From Octopus vulgaris (lineage: Eukaryota): 64,000 bases of DNA. Where the stretch lies: positions 74,276,001 through 74,340,000 of the forward strand of contig OX597825.1 of assembly GCA_951406725.2 (NCBI GenBank), read 5' to 3'. Below the pieces are notes generated by a model that saw nothing but the letters and a program-made list of their open reading frames with translations, made no database searches and was not told the origin of the DNA. Position numbers and translations under genes: made by a program. Positions 54,330 through 64,000 of the stretch are shown here, piece after piece; the first letter of the stretch is position 1; each line of letters begins with the position of its first letter.

Positions 54330-56069
54330 AACTTAGCACTTCCACTATTATTAATTTTTTAATTCCCTTCTTTAACTAAATATACCTGTGGTCTTCTATA
54401 ATTCTAAAGTATACAATTTATAAATTTCATAATTTTATAATTTTTATAGCTACATTTGTATAATAATTGATGGATGTGTCTAGTATTATTGGTTTCTTAG
54501 TTTTTGTATGTGGGTTTTTGTTTGTTTTTTAAGAGAAATGCAATATGACATAAAATAACATATTCATTTTGGTATTTGCCTTGTAATGTGTGATTTTTGA
54601 AGTTTTCCAATATTGCATAGTATATTTTGCATAGTATATATGTATATCTTGGTTAGATACCTAGCTCTGGATAATGTAATGATATTGTATAATATGTAAT
54701 ATATGAGAGCCTTTTGTGAGTTTGGTGGGTTTAGGTTGAGATTATAGGTTTTTTTTTTTTTTTTTTTTGTATGTATTTATTTGGAAGGTTTTTATTATAT
54801 ATTTGGTCTTTTTGTACTCACCTTAATTTGTATCTTATGCTATTCACTGATAAACCTTTTTCATTTTTTTCATTTTCTCATTTACATGCATTTTGCTTTA
54901 TAATTATTACCAGCCTCATATATTTAGTTTATATCTATAGTCCTCTGGATCTGTACTTTAAACTATCCTTCCATACATATTTACTTTCAACAATATAACA
55001 TATACAAACATATATATTCACTTTATTTATTTTTATTTATTTTCCATTTTATTGTAATATTATCAATCTTTGCATCTAGTCTTCTATTTATTTATTTATT
55101 TGCCTATTTAAGTGTAGATGTTTACATACATATCAAGTCATCTAATTTGTTACCTATTTATTTTTTACTTATTTACTTATACTGGTGTAGTTTTATACAT
55201 ACATATCTATCATTTATTTTTATTTAATTTTAATAATATATGAATACATATATACTAGTTTGTACTTATAATTATGTGTATAACCGTATTTATTCCTTCG
55301 TATTTATTCCTTCTTATTTATTTTATCTCTTTTCATCTTAAGTCTTTATAATATAAAATTTATTTAAAATTTCTGTGATGTTCTCATAAGCGTTTACATT
55401 AATACTTCCCCTTCTATTCTTTAATGCCTAAACTGGTATATTATGGCACTATATTTATTAAGTTAATAAGTGACTTATTTATAATATTTAAATTAATATA
55501 TATTTTATATTTTATATTTTATAATTTAGCGTACTTAAAATCATAACAAACTTACGATAAACCTAACAACCGTATGTTTACTCTGCAACAAACCGGTGTT
55601 ACAAATTTTAAGTTACCCATGAAATAATTATCTGAATTAGTAACATACTGATATTTAAAAATATATTTATATCTAAATTAAATATTTTATAGAATGCATG
55701 GATGGTTCTTTTTTTGTTATTGAGGCTCAGTTATAATTTTGAAGGACTAAATGTTAGCATAGTTGCTTCCCTTTTTGTTTATCTAAGTGCTAGTTGTTGC
55801 TTGTGATTATGTATGTGTATAAGTGTATGTATATACATATAACTATGTGTGTATGTGCGATTGATCTGTAGATGCGTGTGTGAATATTGGCGTTCCCTGA
55901 CTAACCAACCGTATAATTTTCTTTTGTGATTTAAATTTCAAACCAATAGCCAATCGAATTAATCTAAATTTTCTTTACCTAGTGGTCAGCATTTCTTAAC
56001 TCATAGTTATTTCGATCTTGAAAGGATGGACTTGGTGCTAACTTAACTGTATCTATTTTTATTTTATTA

Positions 56070-56145
<76 letters not shown>

Positions 56146-56477
56146 AGTAATTTTTATTAACTTTTATAGCTTTAGAATTTTATGAACTGTACCACGGATT
56201 TAATTATTATTTTTCATCTCCATATGTGTTAGCCTTTTTTTTTATAAAAAAAACTATTAGCCAAATATGTATAATATCGGTACTTATTAATATTAATATA
56301 TACACTGTTATATATTTTGTTTTATTTTGTTCTGTTTACCTTCCTTTTTGTACAAATGTGTATTATATTATATAAGTGTAGCATTATGATGTATAAGTTT
56401 TTATATTTTACATTTTTATATTTTTATATTTATATGTATATGATTATATAATATTTTTCACTATTATAACAAATTTA

Positions 56478-56602
56478 ATTTAATTCTCTGAAGAGGCCGT
56501 GGGGCATCCTTGTTAATGCCTCATTTATACCTGCCTTTATGGCTTATAGGTTAAATGAGGTATGACTGTCCTCACTGCCGAAACAGCTGTCAGTTTTGAT
56601 TT
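56478..56602 (+). ncRNA. Type I hammerhead ribozyme with 85-nt extended stem II
   Basis: CTGAAGA (56488)-GGCCGTGGGGCA..ATGCCTCATTTA..TAAATGAGGTAT..TGTCCTCACTGCC-GAAA (56580)-CAGCT-GTC; palindromic stem III ACAGCTGT; stem I weak. Confidence 0.75.
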
Positions 56603-56816
56603 ATTTGTATATTATATTTGAAATTTTTTACTTATATCTCTTTATCTTTTTACTATTACTGTATATCTCATTTCATTTTATATATTGCCTTTACTCAAAT
56701 GGTGTATTAAAGTATGGATTGAGTATCATCGGATAGTTGATGTTTTACTGATTTAAGTATGTTTCTCCATTCTCTAATTTTGTTATATATATATATATAT
56801 ATATATATAACGTCGT

Positions 56817-56855
56817 AAGAAATTTGAAAAGCTAAACGCGAAACCGGTCTTTCTT
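56817..56855 (+). ncRNA. Minimal hammerhead-like motif with U3-A8 core, in a (TA)n-flanked cassette (56810-56968)
   Basis: AAGAAA-T-TTGAAAA-GC-TAAAC-GC-GAAA-CCG-GTC-TTTCTT; stem I 6 bp, palindromic stem III ACCGGT. Confidence 0.6.
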
Positions 56856-56964
56856 CTAAACTATGTCATTGTAAGAAAAACATTTTTAATATTCTTCAGA
56901 CATATTGACACAAATATATATATTTTTTAACCTTTAAACCTTCTGTAGTTTTTTCACTTTTTAC

Positions 56965-57005
<41 letters not shown>

Positions 57006-57303
57006 TCACGTTAGACCCATAAGTTCGGGGTGTCTTTGATGTCGAAACGACACGTGTTCCAGAAACCTCTTATGTGTATTGAATCGAAGGTGTTCTGAGC
57101 ACAGATTCGTCTTAAAGGATTAATTGGTGGTTTTTGACGAAGCACAACAGAGATTACCATATTCATGATCATGTTTGCTGGAACTTATTAAGAATAAATA
57201 TACCAATCATTGAATTTATTCTTGTCTCCTCATTGTGCACATGACAATTTGTTACGGAAATATGAGTTCATATATATGTACATATATGAGTGTGTTTCTG
57301 ATT

Positions 57304-57326
57304 GTATATGTATGTATGTATATATG

Positions 57327-57358
<32 letters not shown>

Positions 57359-57647
57359 TGTATGTATGTATGTATGTATGTATGTGTGTGTATGTATGTA
57401 TATGTGTATGTATGTATGCATGTATGTATGTATATGTGTATGAATGTATGTATGTATGTATGTATGCATGTATGTGTGTGTATGTATGTATATGTGTATG
57501 TATGTATGTATGCATGCATGTATGTATGTATATGTGTATGAATGTATGTATGTATGTATGTATGTATGTATGTATGTATGTATGCATGCATGTATGTATG
57601 TATGTGTGCATGTATGTATGTATGTATGTATATATATATGTATTATG

Positions 57648-57678
<31 letters not shown>
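57304..57678. repeat. (TATG)n microsatellite with variant units
   Basis: Seen directly. Confidence 0.9.
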
Positions 57679-58904
57679 GATAGTTACAAAATTCCTGCGA
57701 GACAAATGGCAATATTTCTTCAAGAAGCTTCGATTCTTAAACAAATGCATCCATATGGATGCCAATAGATGTGATTTGCATTTAACCAGTTTCATTTCAT
57801 TTGTCTCTAACTACTACTGGTATCTGGGTAATATGTACGAAACTCCCACTTGCCTCCCCTTACAATTGTTACCATTTAGATAATATTTACACAGCGGTAA
57901 TGTTTGCTGTTCTCACTCTGTTACCATTTAGATAGCATTTAACTAGATTATTCTTTCCTGCTTTCACCACCATTACAATGCAGATACCATTTAAACAGCT
58001 TTGTCTCTCCTACTATCAAAAAAAAAAAAAAAAATGTTACATTCCAGATAAGACTTCACCAAACTACTTTACTCTCCTCCGTCCTCACAAACGTCTGGTC
58101 CAGTACTTATTGAAATCTCTGTAATAATGTGACAATGTGACTGAGTACATTGACTGATTATTTTTTATTAAATAATCGATCGTTTCAATCACAAGATAAG
58201 ACAAATAGTATTCGCTCTGTTTGATTTTTATGAAATGAACGTTCTTTAAACAAGAGACACAACGTCATTCTAATATTGTTATAAATACCACCAACAACAA
58301 CATCTATAACAACAGCCTAGTTCTACTATGGAAATGTTACATTTAAAGTTAGTTATTTCATCTTTATGTATATTCAATCATTTGTTAAATAATCCGTTCA
58401 GAATGAATGGAAAAAGTTAATAAAATTAAGAGAAAGGTTTTATAAGTACAGTACAATTCAAATGACGTATACAGAGAAGTGACGGAATGTGTCAGAAGCA
58501 ATTTAACGTTAGAGATTACGGGAAAGAATCACTCAGACATCGTAGAGGTAAAATGAAATATATTTATTTGCTGATAACAAAACAGTGTAATCAGTTGAAT
58601 GGAAGCATTCACTATACAAGAACAACGGTTATGACTCAGGCGAACAAGCTCTATAGCTGTTATGACGTATGTAATTAAGAATGTTTGCGAAGACGCGTAG
58701 CTAGCTAATAGTTTTTAAGAGGGACGTGCAAACGCAAAACTCACTTCCTCAACCGCTCTCTCTCCCTCTTTGCCTCTCTTATCCCCTCTCTCTCACACAG
58801 AAACTTACAAGCAAATATGTACGTATGTGTGTTAGTGTGTATGCGTGTGTCTGTATCTATATGTGTGTGTGTATATATATGTATATATATATATATCTTT
58901 TATA

Positions 58905-59110
58905 TTTTATATTTTACTTGTTTCAGTCATTTGGCTGCGGCCATGATGGGGCAACACCTTGCAAGGTTTTAGTCAAACAATTCGATCCCAGGTACTATTT
59001 CTTAACCCTAGAACTTGTTCTATCGCGCTCTTCTGCCGAGCCGCTACAGTGTGAGGATATAAACACGTCAGCAACGGTGGTGGGGGATAAACAAAGACAC
59101 AAATACATGC
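58905..59110 (-). mobile_element. SINE family C 3' part
   Basis: TTTTACTTGTTTCAGTCATTTGGCTGCGGCCATG block. Confidence 0.7.
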
Positions 59111-60475
59111 ACACATAAATACACACACACACACATGCATTTAGGAAGAGGAAACACAATCATTTCGTCTTCACTAGAAAGTCTATGATAACCCCAGTTC
59201 ATGGGAAGCTGGAAATAGTTTCGTAAAAGATATGAAGCTGGTGCGTAACACAGGAACGAAGCTATTATCTAGAATACAAATTCGTAGATTTATATGTTTA
59301 AATAGACAGAACATCCGACCGGGACTATCGAATGGTAAATGTGTGTTGATCACCTTCTCTGTGAGAGGTATCCATTCCTTGACTGAAGGCAAAAATAGTT
59401 ACGAAACACTTAAATAATTGATGTTGACCTTCAGTTTAGAAACCAGTATGTGCACTGAAGCCCCGTATCTTTTTTTTTCTTTTGTTTTCTTACTGTGCCA
59501 CCGGATAATGAAATAGAACAATCTTTCTTCGTAGCATGGATATTGCAAAAGAGTAAATATGTGAAACTATTGAGGGTTTGACCTACACATCGGCCACAAA
59601 TTAAAGCTCTTTGTCAGTTGATGTTGTTTTCGACTGTCACCATTTTGTGAATAAAGTTTCACTAAGTATATATAACGTCAATGTAGTCAGAAATATGTTT
59701 GGGTTGTACTTGACATATATTAAAACACCTGCGTGTCACAGGAAAATAATGCATTACTATAGTATGACACTAAGTAGTTTGTCATGTAAAACTGAATGAA
59801 AGAAAAAAACTCAAGAATAAAACGTGGAAATTAAAAGCATTCGCCAATGAATAGAAAGCAAAGAAAAGCGTAGCATATTGTCTGTATACTTTATACTTTG
59901 CGAAGACATCACTTTCGCTTTGTAGCTTGATGATGATAAGGTGCTGAGCTTCAACGTTGAGAACAACCTTTATTTCAAAAGGAAACAGAATGAAATACGA
60001 AATGTATTAGAAATTTTGAAATAAAGATCATATCCCCAATGAAATTATTGAAAGCAATGTCTACTGAAGTATGATATGTAGAGAAGGTTGGGATGCTTAC
60101 GGATATGAAGTTACATCGTTAAACGGAATTGAAACTACGGGCGTCGGTCACGCATCATGTCTGACAACGTCAAAGTAAAGTTCAAAATCAACTGTTGCTT
60201 GATATGATTAGTCGTGAATAGCCAATTAAAGTACTGAAATGAAAACTAGGAGAAGGCTCTTCATTTGAAAATGAATGAAGAACACAAATAGCAATGAAAC
60301 GGTTAGCCTCGAAAATAAAGCGAAAATCGAAATTACTGCTGTTTTGGCGGGGGGGATAATTGACTCGTTGTGCGTAACACCTCACTGGGAATACTTAATA
60401 TGGCTTTCGAGTGTTAATTACGACTTTTGGAAATGCATTAAAAGAAAATTATATTTGAAATATAGTGTGTTAGAC

Positions 60476-61321
60476 CAGGAGTCGGCAAAGGGGGTCCGAG
60501 GGAACCCCTAGGAGTCGGTAAGCATTTACAGATGGTCTATGATAGCCAAAGCGACGAATGAGTGTTGTCGTGCGAAAGACTAGCTCACCCAGGTGAACTG
60601 CTTGAAATACTTTGTGTGCACCATGAAACGTGGGAAGACATGATAAATTTTCATTGCAGTGGGAAGTCTGTTGTTGCTCACATTCGAGGCCTGATGTTGT
60701 AATCTGTATCGTAATCGAAGATTGTGAGGTGTGATTGAAGGGATGCTTATAAGAATTGCCTTAACCTGGAGAAACGAGGTGATTTGACACTGAAACTGAC
60801 CAACATTCAGCCTGATGTCTTGATTCAACCAATGTCTTGATTCAGGATCACCATGCTCACAATAGAAGATATTCCAGCAATATGATGCGCTTTTCATATT
60901 TTATAACCGTCAAACAATTTCATAATAATTGAAAGTTTAATACTGTAGAGTCGTACACGTATTTCAAATGTAAGAAGTGTGTCATCTTCAATAGAATTTC
61001 TTAATTTGTCGAAACATGTATATTTTAGCTAACATTTTAATTGCCAGCATCTGTACCCAGTACGCATTTAAGATATGGTACAGGAGGAAAAGGTATTAAG
61101 ATATTTTAAATGGGGTGGGTGGTCGATGCAGAAGGGGGAGTGGCTAAAGGGAGTCGATACGGAAGAAGAAATAGCTAAAGGGGGACGATGTAGAAGGGGG
61201 AGTGGCTAAAGGGAGTCGATACGGAAGAAGAAATGGCTAAAGGGGGACAATGGAGAAGGAGGAGTGGCTAAAGGGGGTCGATGCGGAAGGAGAAGTGGTT
61301 GAAAAAGTTTGGTGACCCCTG
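60476..61321 (+). mobile_element. hAT (Charlie-like) internally deleted DNA transposon
   Basis: TIRs CAGGAGTCGGCAAA and TTTGGTGACCCCTG; 8-bp TSD TGTTAGAC / TGTTAAAC; C-terminal remnant KNCLNLEKRGDLTLKLTNIQPDV. Confidence 0.8.
61120..61300. repeat. Subterminal 31-bp tandem array (about 6 units, alternating as a 62-bp dimer)
   Basis: GTGGCTAAAGGGAGTCGATACGGAAGAAGAA alternates with ATAGCTAAAGGGGGACGATGTAGAAGGGGGA. Confidence 0.9.
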
Positions 61322-63239
61322 TGTTAAACACTGACATCGTATTTTTTCGAACATTTAGCAGTTTTTACTGATTTCTCAGTTACCACAATAAATGTACGTC
61401 ATATATTGACATTTTTCGTCTGGCATCAGATAGTCTATGGATATGTACGTGCGAGACGTTTGTATATAAATTAGGTTTTTATACCCAGACAACAATTTCT
61501 AGTCACGTAGCGAGCGGACCCTGTGTTAGTTTTGATTTGTGCACGTATGTTAAGATAAGGATAGTCCTTCATGCGACTGAACATGACCAGGCGATAAACT
61601 TTGCACTTTGTGGTTCCTGTGATAATTTATGGAGCCAGTTTTGACATGAAATCCGTGGTTACAATGGATGGCGTACAATGGATAATTCAGGACGTAGAGG
61701 GATTCGATTTCCGTGCCAATCTCCCTCTGTCTCTCTCTCCCTCCCTCCCCCCTTTCTCTCTATCTCTCTATCTCTCTATCTATCTATCTATCTAGCTAGC
61801 TATATACATAAATATATATACGTATATGTATACATACATATATATATGTATATGTATACATACATATATATATATGTATATGTATAATACATATATACAT
61901 GTATATGTATATATCTATACATACATGTATATGTATACATGTATTTGTATACATACATATATACATGTATGTATATATGTATGTGCATATATGCGTGTGT
62001 TGTGATCCATGTATACATATACCATGATTTATGCACGTTCGCCATTGTGGTATTTTTTTGTATTTATTGATTTATACGTTTAAAAATGTTATATTACGAG
62101 AAAATATTTGTAATACATTTCACCATATCTACAAGTATTCGTTCGTTTTCGTTTGAAACATATACATTATATTCTTAGTCAATAGGCTTTACTGATACAC
62201 TGAACCTGTCACTAACTTTAAAAAACATCATCCAAACCTTTCACTAACTTTAAAACCCCATCCACATTTTAGACGAATTCGCTGAAGCTCCTGTTGTTTG
62301 CAAGCATTCAAACGAATTATCTGGTCCATGGGGAAGATAACTCTCTTTATTTCGATCTACTGTACTTTTTCCACCTGCAATCGGTAGCAGTCATTGGCGT
62401 CTTTCTGACTTCTATTCTCGAGTCTCTGAAGCAATGTAAAATCAGATATAAACAGTTCCAATCCTTCTCTGATTTCACGATTAAAAAGAAACAAAAAAAA
62501 ACCCAATAATATAACAAGCCAAAAACAAAATCAGAAACAGAAAACATTTCAAAATGTACAGTATGCAAATCTAAAGTGTATAAGTCATCCATAGAATAAA
62601 CACTAGTCGTACTAAATCGAAAACCATGGTCATTTATTGTCATTAAACTAGCTCTTGACGTAAGGAAGCTAAGACTTTTATCTAAATTATCAGAACTGTA
62701 TAATCAATATAAATAATTTAGAATTTTCTGAAGAAACGAACAAATGACAGAAAGACTAATGTAACCAACATTTCATTTGAATATTTTGTTTTCTAATCTT
62801 GAAGAATTAGATAAATTTTGTTTCACTCAATCACACACACAAACACGCATACTCACACACGCACACGTAATTTAATAAAATATAATGTAATTTGAAACAT
62901 ATATAATTATATATACGAATACGTCTGTATGTGCATAAGTATTATGACAACCACGAGCTATGAATATATTTTCAAGAGAGAAAGTTGTTTTACATTAAAG
63001 AACAACAAAAAAGCGACATGAAAGTTTGTATTCAATGTATATATTCCAGTGAGACATTTCCTAAGCAAATCTATATTTCATTCTTTATTTAAAGATTCAA
63101 TAACACTTATTTTCTTTTCGTTTGTTTTTCATCTTTTAACATCTTTTCAACTTAGTTGAATGCGATAATTTTGTTGTTGTTTATTTGTGTTATTAGAATT
63201 CATTATTATTAGACAGGATAATGAAAACAACAACAGCTG

Positions 63240-63838
<599 letters not shown>

Positions 63839-64000
63839 CACTTTCTTTGATGGTTAAAAGAGAGCAAAGACAAAAAAAAAACGACAGTCTAAATGATGCA
63901 AAACAGTCTTTATGCAACAAACACAAACAACTAAGAATGTACATCTTTTTTGGTGTTAACCAGTGTATCAGAGGCGTCAGCGATATATACACACACACAC

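Larger units (their letters stand above)
53625..56785 (+). mobile_element. Penelope-like element: endonuclease ORF, about 2.1-kb AT-rich 3' region, hammerhead, (TA)n end
   Basis: Continuous segment between two (TA)n tracts with no SINE recognised inside; hammerhead co-oriented with the ORF. Confidence 0.65.

Noticed and set aside
59600-60260. Possible hAT transposase fossil
   Set aside because: Only faint motif hints and no continuous frame

Overview
This is AT-rich, microsatellite-dense eukaryotic non-coding DNA with no recognisable intact host gene; nearly all ORFs in the track are (TA)n/(CA)n/(TATG)n/(TAA)n artefacts. The SINE repertoire and repeat style point to an octopus (coleoid cephalopod) intron or intergenic region, which is an inference. 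Supported content: many copies of three tRNA-derived SINE families; Penelope-like element (PLE) remnants, including an open GIY-YIG endonuclease ORF (53625-54329); a Tx1/L1-like LINE 5' half; R4/Dong-, CR1- and RTE-like fragments; mariner/Tc1 fossils; two hAT non-autonomous elements; two short solo LTRs with 5-bp TSDs; a 68-bp minisatellite; and a 443-bp tandem duplication. The main unexplained signal is about a dozen type I hammerhead-ribozyme-like motifs, mostly with palindromic dimer-type stem III. They sit in short non-coding cassettes beside microsatellites. Some have very long stem II insertions, some carry core variants (U3-A8, fixed A6U), and some are arranged as foldbacks with one hammerhead on each strand. 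This suggests a diverse family of ribozyme-bearing non-autonomous elements mobilised by PLE enzymes. All alignments and folds were done by eye and need computational confirmation.
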